A DNA stretch of 64,000 nucleotides from the human T2T-CHM13v2.0 reference genome, Homo sapiens (GCF_009914755.1 NC_060926.1); one strand, 5' to 3'. Shown: positions 26,921 through 44,251, counted from the stretch's first letter. The notes: generated by a model from the letters alone, not told the origin. A program made the numbers and translations.

Positions 26921-27030
26921 GGTTTGTATGTGGGGCCATCACACAACGCAGCGTCCCAGTGAGTGTCTTGCTAACAGTCGTATGTGCAGTATCTCCAGGC
27001 CCCACAGAAGTGATTGTGAGTATGTAATGA
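26921..27030 (-). pseudogene. 3' fragment (FR3, CDR3, RSS) of a V relic paralogous to the 56.6-kb relic
   Basis: CTCACAATCAC...GGAGA...CACTCACTGGGAC shared with 56625-56700; RSS-like CGTTGTG-12-ATACAAACC. Confidence 0.7.
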
Positions 27031-29302
27031 TTAAAATTTTGACTGCATGTGTGTCTCCACTTTTGAATATGTGCAGAAAAATACTTTGAAGGATTGTCAT
27101 TCTTTGCCTATGTTACAAACGTCTTGCCATAATCCATTTTTTTCTGGATTTCTCTCCTCAAAAATTGAATTTTAACTTCCCTCACCACAGAATGCATTAT
27201 CTTGGAATACACAGTCATTTCTAATATGGTTTACTTCCTTAACAAGGAAAAGAGTATGTTGTCCTGCTGATTCAAATGCCCCTTTACTTTGATCATATCA
27301 TGTCATGATTAGTTTAGAAATACATTTAGGGCATTATTTTAAGTGTCATCTTTGCAAGCTATATATTTTCTATACAATTACTACTAGAAGGTAGGAATGA
27401 GGTTCATTTTCATGTAATGACTACATTGTGTGAAAATGATGCATGTACTTATATATTGAAAACCATTTATTCTTTTCATGACAATTGAATACCAAAATTG
27501 TCATTTCTAAAACATTATTTAGTTGAAAAAGTTATCTCCACTCCCAGGTACAATAACATTGTGGTTAAAAGCCCTAAAGCAACTGCTGCCAAAGGTACAA
27601 AAAATACAAAATTTATGAAATTATAACATCAGAGAACAGTGGACAGAATAAGGCCTAGGTAATCTAAAATTCCAGGGTGAGGAAATCCTCTCTAATTGAG
27701 CTGATGCTTACCTGACTTTTTGTTCCCCTGCCATATTTGCCAGGTTGGCATTTGGACCCAAGTTCTGCTTTGGCACGGGCAGAGAAACTCATCTGTGAAA
27801 GGAGAATCTGGCTGTGCCTCTTTGGTTGCACAATGCAGCCTCAACTCACAGATAGTGTTCTCCATGGAACATTGGCTGTGGTTTGATGACATGTGCAGTC
27901 TTTGGGTGCTGGTCTAGAAAGACAGAAACTCCCCATACAGAGGATTCATGGAGTTTTTGTTGTTGATAAATTCTGCGCAGACCATTCATAATACATGTCT
28001 GAATCATGGATATATTGGTCATCATTGCCACTGCTCCCCAGTTGATGTAGACTCTATTGGGACTTCAGGTTAGCATGCCACTGCATGATTTGTGTTCTCA
28101 AACCCAACCATATGGCATCTGCTGGGTTATTTTAGTTTGACTGTGACTGAGTCACAGAACCTCAGGTCTATTTGCACAGGAACTTCAATAAACATTTGAT
28201 GATTGCAGAACTAAAAGATCATTCTTGATGAACTACTTTTCCTTGAAACTTGCAGTGGTGCAGGCTCAACCCATGGAGCCAGGGAGTGATACTTTCTCCT
28301 CTGTGATTCTTCATAAGAAAGACATTTGGGCTCCTTTCTGAGTTTATATCACCAACCCCCAACAGTCACTGTCATCCACAACTGTACCTAATGTAAGTCA
28401 AAGAGCAGGTTATTGGGCCATAGTTGACCTCCACTATCTTCCATTAATTCTCCCATTCTTGAAGTCTGCCCACTGTCTTCAAACTCTTACATTTTGGGGA
28501 AAGAAATCGCATATCATTCTGTGTTATTTCAGTGTTCTATGAGGTAAATTCTATAACCTATGTCTTATAGTTTAAGTTTCTGTTTATGAAACTCAACTTC
28601 TGAAATTTCAAAAACTATCCTTTTCTGTCAGCAAGACACAATTGAAGTGAATAAAATAATTTTAGCATTCATATTTTCTATCTCTCACCAATTTACAAAA
28701 GTCCATTCTGAGGCTGAAATCCAAGATTTTCACTAATTGCCCTCATCCAGCTCCTCATGATGACAGCTTGTGCGGAAGGCTCTTTCCACCATCAATATGT
28801 GGTGGGAAGATAGGTGGTGAAAGAGAAAAATAAGAAGTTAGGAAAGTTGAAAAGTTCAATTTTTGGATATTACCACATATTATCCTCTTAAATGTAGACT
28901 TTAAACTTCTAAACCTCAAGATATATTCAAGAAGTGTTGCAACAAATCTGGGTTACTTGTCTGGTTATTTACCTCTTTAAGTCTTATTTCCCAATGCAGG
29001 CAAGGCAGGGAGGATTGGAATAGGATTTTCTTAAGCTCTCCCTCAGGGCAGTCTATTACCTGTGCAGGCACTGGGATCACCTCTGGTTTCCTATGGCTTA
29101 TGCCATGCCAAGGCTGTTGCAGCTGACAGGGCTGTGAACGGGTTTTGCCTGACGTACAACTGAGGCACCCATGGGACAGAACCCTCAGATGCAACCTGTT
29201 GCCCTGAGTTCTCCAACATGTTTATCTCATACAGATAGAGATTCTGTTCAACTGCTCCCCAGAGAAACAACACACTTGAGCAGCTGGGCCACTCCAGCGG
29301 GA

Positions 29303-29330
29303 GGTTTTTGTTCAGAGCTGTACCACTGTG
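29303..29330 (-). other. Consensus 12-RSS of IGKV2-24 (CACAGTG-12-ACAAAAACC)
   Basis: Perfect heptamer and nonamer with a 12-nt spacer. Confidence 0.97.
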
Positions 29331-30135
29331 TGAGGAAATTGTGTAGCTTGCATGCAGTAATAAACCCCGACATCCTCAGCTTCCACCCTGCTGATTTTCA
29401 GTGTGAAATCTGTCCCTGCCCCACTGCCACTGAATCTGTCTGGGACCCCAGAGAACCGGTTAGAAATCTTATAAATTAGGAGTCTTGGAGGCTGGCCTGG
29501 CCTCTGCTGAAGCCAACTCAAGTAGGTGTTTCCATCACTGTGTACGAGGCTTTGACTAGACCTGCAGGAGATGGAGGCCGGCTGTCCAAGGGTGACAGGT
29601 GAGGAGAGTGGAGTCTGGGTCATCACAATATCCCCACTGGATCCTGAAATAATGAGAGAGAAGTGCAAGGTTATGTAGAAACTTTAAGCACAATTTTAAA
29701 ATAATTTTTCTTCTGTTATTTATTTCAGGCTAAATCAATTTTTATAATTTGATTCAGACCCTAGTAATATATAATTTCAAAATAAAAACATATTTTCAAA
29801 GCACAGCAGAGTGCTTTGAGTGCTAGAAGTTTCCTCTACCATTCCCTCTTTCTCTGTTAGAGTCTTCACCGGAGCACTGGTCTTTGTTCCTTCTGGAATC
29901 TTCCTCATTCTTACAGATCTAAACCTCACATGCCTTACTCACGCAGATATAAAAGTTACAAGCCCCATCCTGGAGTACAAGACGTACACATCTAACATGA
30001 GGACAGAACACACATGGGAGGCAATGGGGCCCCCAGAGTTCACCCTCCCACCCCATTCTCCTCCCTCATCTCTCTTCTGTCCTCACCAGGGACCCAGAGC
30101 ATTAGCAGCCCCAGAAGCTGAGCAAGGAGCCTCAT
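29331..30135 (-). CDS. IGKV2-24: Ig kappa V gene segment, subgroup 2: leader 30135-30087, V exon 29643-29331
   Basis: Leader [16 protein letters not shown]; [62 protein letters not shown]...[10 protein letters not shown], open frame. KISNRFS and MQATQFP match my recollection of the proximal copy. Confidence 0.96.
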
Positions 30136-30234
30136 TGTGAGAAGGTGACCTGAGGAGTCCTAATTAGTTAAGTCAAGGTTGGTGCTGAGCTTTTATCTCA
30201 GACTTGCAAGGGAAGGTCCTCCCTGGGGGACAAT

Positions 30235-30260
30235 ATGCAAATCCCCTGGTGGGTGCAGTG
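30235..30260 (-). promoter_or_regulatory. IGKV2-24 promoter octamer region
   Basis: ATTTGCAT at 30242-30235 within CACTGCACCCACCAGGGGATTTGCAT, about 100 bp upstream of the ATG. Confidence 0.88.
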
Positions 30261-31505
30261 GTGTAGAAATAACATGATATGTGCAGGGGTATGGGGGCCT
30301 TTCCTATGAACAACATATTTTGTATGCTTGAGAAAAAACTGGCAGAAATAACAATCTATGCAGCCTGATTGGGACAGGATATATTTCTATGTTTACTGTG
30401 TTTACTGTCAATTTTTTTACTTCCTAGTATTTTCCCAGTGCTTATTACACTTCTCTTTAATACGGCTGAGTTTCTGTAAATATTTGGTGCTTCTTATTTT
30501 TTTCTTCATGTGTGTTGAAAGGGTCTTGGTTTGCTGTTAATTTTATAAATCAAAATAAATTGTGCCCTGAGTAAAGTGCAAACATGTTCGCTGCTCAGCC
30601 AAATAAAGTACTCACATTCACTACCCAGATACAAATATGAATGATTTGAAATTCTCCACATGCTGCCTTCATTCACCTTTCTAGTCAATAGCTTCTGCCT
30701 CTAACCTACCAAGGGAACTGCAACTCTGATATCTATCACAAAGATTCAGTTTTCGTGAACATCAACAACATATGAATTGAGGTAAGTATATTTATGAAGC
30801 TTTCATTTAATTTCATGGATTTAAATTACTGTTCATTGTCGTTTACTGTGATTCTGAATTCTGAAGGATTTCTTCTTGAGTTTCTTATAGGAGATATATG
30901 CTAGTCACGGCTTCTTTTCTTTTCTTTAAGGATAGTTTTGCTGAATATAAAATCATTTTAAACTGATTTTTCTAGTACTTCAAATAGCTTTAACATTAAT
31001 GGTTAATCCACTATTATTAATGAAGTTACAATCTACATTTGAATTTCACTGAGCTTTCCACTGATACATGTATTTACCATTTTTACTTTTAATGTTTTAG
31101 GATAAAATTTCTGGATCCCATATTGCATTCAGTTTTCATGCTTTCTTAATTTCCTTCAATCTCTGACAGTTTTTTAGTCTTTGTTTTGAAATACCTTGAA
31201 ACTTTTGATGTATGCTGGCTGGTTATTTTTCAGAATGTCCCTTAAGTTCTATTGTTTGGTATTTTCTATTGATTAAAGTCAGATTTTTCATTTTTGGCAA
31301 GAATATTACAGCAGGGATGTGTCTTCAGTACATCCTATCAAGAGTTACACAGTATCAACATGTCATCACTGGTGTTGATAAATGAATATTGCTAAGGAAC
31401 CCTTTTTGTAAGAAAGTCTTGGTCAAAGGTAACCAAGGCAGCTGCTTTTGTCACTCTTCCTATATGGTTATGTGCTGACTTTGTTAGGAGTTGTCTAGTC
31501 CCATC

Positions 31506-31878
31506 TGCTATGGTTTAGATGTTTGTGATGTTCCAAACTTAATGTTGGAATTTAAAGCCTAAGTTGATATTAAAAGGTAGAGCCCCTTGGGAAGTGATTA
31601 AGTCATGGGCTCTGCCCTCAATAAATGGGATTAATGGCCTTATATAGAAGATTTCAGAGAGCTGCCTGGCCCTTCCATCTCTGTTGCCATGTGCAGACGC
31701 AAGATTCAATTTGTCTCCTTTGCCTTTTCTGGCTCCACCAGACAGCTTCACCGACACTGAATCTGTTAGCATCTTGATCCTAGAGTTCTGAACTCCAGAA
31801 CTGTGAGAAATAAATATTTATTGTTTATAAATTTCCCAGTCTGTGAGTTTGTTATAGTTGCATGAAAGAACTCAGACA
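31506..31878 (+). mobile_element. MST-type MaLR solo LTR
   Basis: tgctatggtttagatgtttg...gaactcagaca; TSD ccatc/ctatc. Confidence 0.8.
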
Positions 31879-32399
31879 CTATCTGATTCTCTTTCTACTT
31901 ATTTATTTTTTTCAGAATTCAGTTCTACTTAAAGCCTGCTCTCCAATAGAGAATACTGATTAAATAAATTATGCTCACTCTTAAATGTCAAATATTTCCA
32001 TCATGGCCATTCAACACTGGAATGTTGATGATGTGAAGGAAGGAAGAGAGGACTGGTGTCTATTAAAACATAGTGGTACCCACCAGTGGATGGATGTTCC
32101 TGAGTAATTTGGACAAATATATAGTCCTACACATCACTTAGAATATTTCAGAAACTAAATGGAAAAGTTTAGAATTGATTGAGCTACTTCTAAAGTGGGA
32201 GGTTGAGATGCTATTGGTGCCATACTAGGATGCACACAGTTGAGACATGATTTCCAAGAATCTGAAATCCTAGGGACTAAGTTGAAGAATATGTGGCTAT
32301 ATCAACATGGTACTTATTTCTCAAAATAGATATTTTTCTAAGTTTTTAATTCCTGCTGTGACTAATCAATGGGATTTTGTCTTTTGATTGTTGTGAAAG

Positions 32400-33318
<919 letters not shown>

Positions 33319-34469
33319 TCTCTCCTTTTTTTTTTTTTTTTTAATGAGGACACTAATTGAATCAGATCAGAATCTCAACCTTATGGCCTCATTTGACTGT
33401 TAGTTTCTTAGCGATACCTCCAAATATACGCGCACATGGAGTTAGGGCTTCAACTGGTGAATTTTGAGGGGACACAAATATTCAGTTCATAAAAGCTTAC
33501 CTTATTTTCTTGATTCATCAAATACTTGCTCTCTTGGCATATTTTGTGGTCACCTACGGAGGTGAGATGGATCTTTTCTAATTAGTAGATATTATGGTGA
33601 AGCTGTTGACACTCCATGTACAAGAGAATTTGGGAGAAATTTTCTAACTCACACAAGGGAATCTTGGGGAAAGCAGGATATGCACAAGCTGGTATAAGCT
33701 GGCTCGAGTTACACAGAGGGCTGAGTTTTTATAGTTGGACTGGAGATATGCTATCTTGCATTGCTGAGGATCTATGAGGTTTGACTGTCCTGCAGGCAGT
33801 TGCACAAATATGTGGTGGAAGGGAAAGTGGGAGGTGGTGATTGAAAGCTGTCACTGATCAAACATCAAAAATGGAGTCAGATGCTTATTACATAGCACTT
33901 ATTCGAAGGTACATGGTACCTTAGAGTATCAGCTTTTTATATTTTGTCCAGCTTTTTATATCTGTTTTTAGCAGCTTGGCATGAAATAAATTTATCTGCT
34001 ATTTAACATAGTGGGAGTTTTAGGGGAAAAAAATCATAATTTTGTAAATAACATCAAAGAAAACAGTATTTGGGGAAACACTGGATCTACATAATTAAGA
34101 GATGTAGCAAAATTATAATGATTATTAGTAATTATTTAGTGTTTAATACATTTGAAAGTTATAAACATTTTATAAGTATTCAATTACTTAATTATTATAA
34201 TAGTTTTATGGTATAGTTACTTCTTTATTTTCCTTTATTAGAGATAAAAAAACAAGGTAAAAGTGTTTAAGTCATTTGCCAAATTTACACATATATTAAG
34301 TGTAAGAGACAAAATTCCAACCAATGATATGTGATTACAATCTGTGTGTTCTGTTATCACAGAAACTAATATTTCAAAATCTCTTTCACTGAGCTTTCTA
34401 CATGATTTCATCAATTATGTATGAGTAACTTGAACAAGATAACACTGCTGGATCATTGCACTGCCTTTG

Positions 34470-34922
34470 CTCAGTTTTGTCACACGAGAGAGGCAAGATT
34501 TGATGTTGTTGACAGTAACAGTACCCTGCATCTTCAGGCTTCAGGCTGCTGATTGTGGGAACAAAATCTACCTCAGACTCGTGGTCACTCAACCATGCAG
34601 GGACACTAGGGTTCTGGATAGTGGCTTGCTTCCCTCAACCTTAGTCCAGAACTTGAAAATTGAGAACTCATGAACACAAGTAAGGGAACAATACACACTG
34701 GGGTCTACCTGAGGGTGGAGGGTGGAAGAAAGGAAAGGAGCAGAAAAGATAACTATTGGGCACTGGGAATAATACCTGGGTGACAAAGTAATCTGTACAA
34801 GGAACCCCCATGGCACAAGTTCAGTTATGTAACAAAACTTCACATATATCCCTGAACCTAAAACAAAAGTTAAAAAAATAAAAATAAATAAAACTGAGGT
34901 GGCACAATATTCTCATTGACAT
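34470..34922 (-). pseudogene. V-kappa relic split by an L1 3' fragment
   Basis: 5' piece AT GTC AAT GAG AAT ATT GTG (34922-34893); 3' piece SVPAWLSDHESEVDFVPTISSLKPEDAGYCYCQQHQILP; paralogous to 61240-61540. Confidence 0.75.
34655..34893 (+). mobile_element. L1 3'-end fragment inside a V relic
   Basis: gagaactcatgaacacaag...gtaacaaaacttcacatatatccctgaacctaaaacaaaag plus A-rich tail. Confidence 0.82.
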
Positions 34923-35934
34923 TTGAATTTTTTTGAAAAAATCACATAAGCACAAATGTCAGTGAGGTTAAACACATCCCACTCTATGAGCTTATCATGT
35001 TACTCAACACTGTGAGTGCTCCATGAGAAATCAAATGTCACAGACCAAAAAAGGTACTAAAGATTCAACTTACAATGAGAAGAAAGCAAATTTCACCATC
35101 ATGTGGCACCTCCTCATAATCCTTTTCCTTATCTGGGATCAGGCAGCAGGAGACAGAAGAGTTGAGCTCCTTATGTCCATTATGTACATGGCTGAGGCAG
35201 ACACCTGCCCTGAGCCAGGGAACAGCCCACTGATAACGGCTTTGATATGTAGCCAAATGCTCTATGGAAAGCACGCAAAGTCATCCCAGGCTGAGATATT
35301 TTGGAGCTTCTTGTTCCAGAACAGATTATTTCACAGCTGTCACACACACACGGATGATCCTTCCCCAGTGTCTTCAGTCTGTAGAGGGACTATGTGGAAC
35401 CCCTCACTTAATAATACTCCAGATCACCACAACATTTCCTCAGTCCTCAGCTGCAGCTGGTCTTGTTCTGGTGATGACTAATGCGAGTGACCACAAGCAT
35501 GTTATATGAACCTTATAAGACCATGGTCATCATAAATAATAATCACTGATACAGCTATTAATTCAAGTGGCTTGAATACAGAGTCATTTTCTTGGTATGA
35601 ACCTAACCTGGGAATGTTCCATACAAAATGGATCAAGATTATAAGGTCAGTTACCATACTAACAGAATTTGGGGATTTAGAGTTGAGGGAAACAAAGTAA
35701 AAGAAGAATGTGGAGAATTTTATACAAAAGCCATACTGACTATAACTGAAAATAAAAAATCCATGCCTTACAGTGTAAATTCAAGAAAAAAATTCACAAT
35801 AAAGTGAAAACGGCAAAGAATTAATGAAGAAAGTTTACATTAAACTGCCTCAAAGGATAATGAGAGTTTTGATCAACATAGAAGACACTGCTAAAAACTC
35901 ATTATTTGTTGTTTGATTGGATGAAGTTGCTTGA

Positions 35935-37880
<1,946 letters not shown>

Positions 37881-38269
37881 GAAAAGTACAGTTTGAGGGA
37901 AAAAAACATTTAAAAAACACAGACGTTTGAAGCAGGAAGCCCTGAAAGGAAGCTGTGGCTTTATGCTCTGTGGAATTTTGACTGCTGAGTGCCTTCTTCC
38001 TGAAAGGGAGTATCTACAGCATTGTCTGTCAAGTATGTGCATCCTAGTCCTGTCTCATCATTGTTCACAAGTCTTGAGTGGGATAGGGGGACAGGTGATA
38101 TTTAGGAACTATGGGCAAAGAGGCTCAACTGCACAGAGTCTGATCTAGATGAGGAGATCTTGAACTTTAACTTACCACCATCATGGGAAATGCTTGTAGA
38201 TGTTGCAGATGAAAATTAGTATATGTTGCATACAGTAAAAATGTAGATTGATTTAAACAAGCGTAGAGA

Positions 38270-38750
38270 GTTGCCAGCTGGATACTCCAAGATGGTCACA
38301 AGATCTTCCATCTTATTAGTTCCTCTAATAGTGTGATGTTGATAATTTCCCTATTGGACATATTAGCATACTTTTCCCCCTTTGGAATCTTAGTGAACCT
38401 ATAATTGTCATAGAAGTAACACTATGTGTCTTCTGAGGCTATAGTAAGTCATAAGAGGTTATAAAACATCTGTCTGGTACTCTTCGAGGAAGTGTACAAG
38501 AAGCCAAGCAGGAGCATGTAGAGATTCACAGCCTCAGCTGAGGACTCATCCTATAGCCTGAATTGGCCACCTTTTATATGACTCCATCCCCAGCTGCTAT
38601 CTGACTACATCCATGTAAGAAATCCCGAGCAGAAATCTTGGTCAGCCCAGGAGACACCTAACAACTACAAAGATAATAGTATAATGATGTCAATTGTAAT
38701 GTGTCATTAAGTTTTGGGTGATTTGTTCTGAATCAGTAGTAACTAGCTGC
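38270..38750. mobile_element. Old MLT1-type MaLR LTR fragment
   Basis: ccagctgctatctgactacatccatgtaagaaatcccgagcagaa, cattaagttttgggtgatttgtt. Confidence 0.55.
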
Positions 38751-38912
38751 CAACTCATAAATATAGAAAGAATTTGGAAGTAGAAAGTCATCTATGGTTA
38801 CTAAATGAATTTGGGTAACGTATACATTGGAGTTCTTATATTACTTTGGCAATTTTTCTTTAAGTTTAACAATATGCCCAAATAAAAAGTCACATAAAAT
38901 ATGTTCAACAAA

Positions 38913-39673
38913 TCAAAACCACTATGAGATACCATCTCACACCAGTTAGAATGGCAATCATTAAAAAGTCAGGAAACAACAGGTGCTGGAGAGGATGTGG
39001 AGAAATAGGAACACTTTTACACTGTTCGTGGAACTGTAAACTAGTTCAACCATTGAGGAAGTCAGTGGGGCGATTCCTCAGGGATCTAGAATTAGAAATA
39101 GCATTTGACCCAGCCATCCCATTACTGGGTATATACCCAAATGACTATAAATCATGCTGCTATAAAGACACATGCACACGTATGTTTATTGCAGCATTAT
39201 TCACAATAGCAAAGACTTGGAACCAACCCAAATGTCCAACAATGATAGAATGGATTAGGAAAATATGGCACATATACACCATGGAATACTATGCAGCCAT
39301 AAAAAATGATGAGTTCATGTCCTTTGTAGGGACATGGATGAAATTTGAAATCATCATTCTCAGTAAACTATTGCAAGAACAAAAAACCAAACACCACATA
39401 TTCTCACTCATAGGTGGGAATTGAACAATGAGATCAGATGGACACAGGAAGGGGAATATCACACTCTGGGGACTGTGGTGGGGTGGGGGGAGGGGGGAGG
39501 GATAGCATTGGGAGATATACCTAATGCTAGATGACGAGTTAGTGGGTGCTGCGCACCAGCATGGCACATGTATACATATGTAACTAACCTGCACAATGTG
39601 CACATGTACCCTAAAACTTAAAGTATAATAAAAAATAAAAAAATAAAAATAATAAAAATAAAACATAAAAAAA
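38913..39673 (+). mobile_element. Young L1PA (L1PA2-like) 3' end
   Basis: [27 protein letters not shown]...; accactatgag and gctagatgacgagttagtgg; TSD ATGTTCAACAAA at 38901-38912 and 39674-39685. Confidence 0.92.
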
Positions 39674-39699
39674 ATGTTCAACAAAACCAAACAGAAATG

Positions 39700-40420
39700 T
39701 ACAAAATGCAGTTGGATAAAAATAAAGAAAACTCCAATAAATGGAAGGTTGCACCATGCTCATGAATTGGGAGACTTAATAGTGTATATTCTCCCTAAAT
39801 TTGTTGAAAACGTTCACAATAAAAAATCTCAGGGAATTGTTGTTGCAATTGAAAAGACATTACTTAAATATATATGAACATTCAAAATGCAAAAAGTAAT
39901 CAAGACAGTCTTGCTAAGATAAAAAATGTTGGAGGACTAATAGTACACAATACCAAAGCCTGTAAGTTACAGTAATTAAAATATATGGTATCAGTGAAGT
40001 GTCAAACAAATTAGCCAGTTCAATCAGTTTGAGAATCCAGAAACTGATCCACCCATCCGTAGTCATTTGATTTACAATAAAAGTGCTACTTCAAAGTAGT
40101 AGAAGTAAAATAAATTAATCATACTGGATCAATTCAGTATCTGTATTATATGAAAATGAATCTTAATTCTATACCATATACAAATGTTAATCATCAATAA
40201 ATTTTAAATATAAATATGAAAGGCCCAAGAGTAAATCCTCTACAAAAGGGTATAGAAATATATTTCATGACCCTAGAGATAAAAAAATAATTCTTAGAGA
40301 AAATAAACAAAATATCTAGCATAAAGAAATTAATAACTTAGACTTCACTAGTATGACATCCTTTTTATAATGTCTAAAAGAAATAAACAACTTTTTAAAG
40401 GAATACATATAGAAGAAATA
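39700..40420 (+). mobile_element. Old L1M ORF2 fragments
   Basis: A-rich, with degenerate ORF2 motifs (acagtaattaaaatatatggtat, gagaatccagaaactgatcc). Confidence 0.6.
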
Positions 40421-43400
40421 AACTACATTGATAAAGAATATTGAATTGAAAATTTTGATTAACTTGGTGGTGGGAAATAATATGTTTAAGAGATTGTGGA
40501 GAACCTCAAAATGGATACCAGTTGATATCTTAAGTGGTTGTTTTGCAGGATAGTAACATGAATTTATTATATTACTAATATTAATGAATGCATTAGTGAG
40601 TGCTAAAAATATGAATAAATAAATAAGAACCATAATGGATTAATAATAAAAGTGCATTATGGACCAACATTATAATTGTGTTATTAACCATCATTGATTA
40701 TTATTCCTTGCAATCAGTTAATAAAGTTGAGGCCCATTAAAAAAGATAATAGAAAAAGAAAAATGAAAGGGAAGAAGGAGGAATTGAAAGGAGGACAAGA
40801 AGATGTTGTAAAAAAAATAAATTAACGAGAAAAGTTAAGTAAAAAAAAAAACTCTTGCGGACTCCAGAACATTTCTACATTATGTTTTGCATAATCAATA
40901 AAATAAAGAAAAACATATAACCTAGGATGAAAAATAGCACAAAATATGTAATTATCGAAAATGTAAGCATAGTTCCTTAAACTCTGTTGCAATATAAGAA
41001 AAATAAAACAAACTGCATCATTAAAAACAAAACCCAATATTCAAGACAATATAGCAGAATTGGCACTGCAATTGATCAAAACAGTGATATGGAAGGCAAA
41101 CTAGAGTAGCACTTTTGTTTTTCAAAGGAGAGAATCATGACATTAGATAATAAAGAGAGAGCTTAGACAGAAAAACAGAGTAGAAAGTTAAACCTGAGAA
41201 TTAAACATTTTCCTAAGGAAGAAATGAGTCCTTAGAAAAGAATCAGTAAGAAGAAATGTAATCTGAAATAAAATTTCCATGTCTGTTAACTACTAATGAG
41301 TGTAAATTCAGTGGAGTCACACAATTGTATTCAAACATTTATAAAATGAGAAAACACAAATATTTCATAATAAAATACAAATTCAAAGAATGTAAGGGTT
41401 ATTTTTTTCAAAGATAAATGTCAGGCTTTCTTCAGAGTCCTGGCCTGCAAAATGAACTCCCAGTAATCAATGTAATTATATTTGAAAATGTGCAAAGTTT
41501 TTATAAAAGAAATTATACTGCATGCATTTTCTATTGAACTAGGGAAATAAAATATGAAGAAAATTTTTAATTTGAAACAAGTAAATTATGATATGCATAA
41601 GGATTTATGAAACTAGAAACCCTTGAAAAATGTATTACAGCTGATAAAGAGATGAAGTAAAGTCGGTTGCTCAAGAAGAGGAAGCTGTGGTTTGTGATTG
41701 TAAAAGAATGTTGGTGAGGATAAAAATCAACAAAACCTATAAGTTAATCTAACTAAGTTAAAAATGTGTTGATAAATGCAAAGTCATTCCATAGGAAAAA
41801 TTCCTCAAATATAAGGCATATAATGCAATGCAATTTAACTGTAATAATCTGACTATAACAATGACAATATTACTCATGCAAAATTAGGAATCATAATTGA
41901 AGGGCAATAACAAGTTTTACCATCATACTGGTTTAATAGATGATAAAATTTAATAACCAGTATTTTCCTTGACTTCAAAATTTAAAATTATAGATTTATA
42001 TAGGCATAACAAAAAGTAAATATGACATATATGCTTATATTTTGTTCTTTCAGTTTATTCCCATTCTATCTTGTTTAGGATTCACTCACGGTGGTCATTT
42101 ATTAATTTTTTTTAAATAAAACATCTAACCTTTCGAGATCATTCTACTCTATATAAGGAATTACAACAACTGACACAAAAAGTTAATTAGTGAGAGAGAG
42201 AGATGTCAGTGCTCAGTCCTTTTATGTCAGGCACTAGTCCAGAGCACAAGATCCTAAGGACAGACACACTACCTAAAGAACAAGGCATTCTGCTTAAATG
42301 TTACCTCCTTCCTACAGGAAATTTTCATTTCACTTTCCTCAGCTCCCCGTCTTTCATTCTGATTAGCTCTCCTTAGTTTGTGTCTTGAACCAGTTCTTCC
42401 TTGTCTGAAGGAACTTTTCCACTTCCTGAGTCCATTCCCAACTCTAAACACCATTGCGAGTGAGTACCATCCACCAAGTAGTAAAAACATGTAACCAGGT
42501 TTGGGAAGACTAGGAAAAATTTAAAAACTATTTAATGGGCATCTCTAAGCTACCTTGGATTTATTTTCTTACATCTGGATATATTCTAGTTCTTCTAAAC
42601 GCCTCCTCACTCAGAGGTTTTTTCTTCTCATTGCATAGGTTGGCAATAAAATAGAATCTTTGCACTGCTGGTGGAAATGAAAAATGGTGCAGCAGGTTTG
42701 GAAAACAGTCTGCAATTCAAGTGGTTAAACATAGAGTTACCATATGATCCAGGAAGCTCTTAAGTGTGGACCCAAGAAAAAGGAAAACATATATCTACAC
42801 AAAAACTTGTACTTCAATGTTCTTAGCAAGTTACTGGCACATCTTTAGAATTATTTAGCAACAACTTTGTCCTAAAAAGGGGTCACCAGAATTCTAAGTG
42901 ATGCTCTTCAACTAGCTGGATCATCTTGAATAATTCCTATCAACAAATCTATCTGGGTTTTAGTCATCTCATCTTTACTGAAGGATAGAGCAAGTATAAT
43001 TTTGTGTATGTTTTTATTTCACTTTTTATAGTGTAAAATTACCAGTGTCTTCAGTGAATAAATAAAAGTGAAAAACACATTGAAGCAAATTGTTCTGATT
43101 CTACAAATACTGACTTAATTGGATTCGTACATTTAGGGTAAATAGGAACCATCATTAAAATGCAATACATTTTGAGTAGCTTAGAATTTTGATGCTTTCC
43201 AGGACAAAAAAATAAAAGAGGTTATAGTGACTCATGTGTTCCTGATGACACTAACAGTGTGGTAACCTTGTAAACCCTGGGCTTCCTTACATTTGGTGCC
43301 CTGGTTCCATAGATGGAATGTGAAAATGAATACAGATTATAATTAAATACAATTTGATTAGACAACGAAAGAAGTTAGGATGCATTGATTGGTGCAAATA

Positions 43401-43816
43401 ACATTATGCTTCATAACTTTTTTAAAATAAACTTTTGATAAGATAAAACTTACCCATACATGTATATTCACAAATCTCAACATGTGTATATGCACTCACA
43501 AATTATAATGCAGGTTTTAATAAATTTTTCAGAGATTGAACACACTGTATAACAACCGTACCAAAGCAGAACACTCCCGGTCTCCTAGAAGCACCTTCTG
43601 TCTCCTCCCAAACATTAGCCCCACTCTTCTCCAATGCAAATTTAAATCTCACTTTCAGTAACATTGATTTAGTGATGGCGGTTTTTGAACTATATAAAAA
43701 GGAATCATGGATAGTGAGCTTTTTATTTCTAACGTCTTTTGCGCATTATTATGCTAGTAAGATACACCCACATTCATGGATGTAGTAGCAGCTTTTATAT
43801 TTTCATTCATCCATAG

Positions 43817-44251
<435 letters not shown>

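Noticed and set aside
35023-35481. 152-aa ORF with a hydrophobic stretch
   Set aside because: Antisense to a relic leader region; no splice context or homology, and the frame is not evidently kept in the 61.6-kb paralogue
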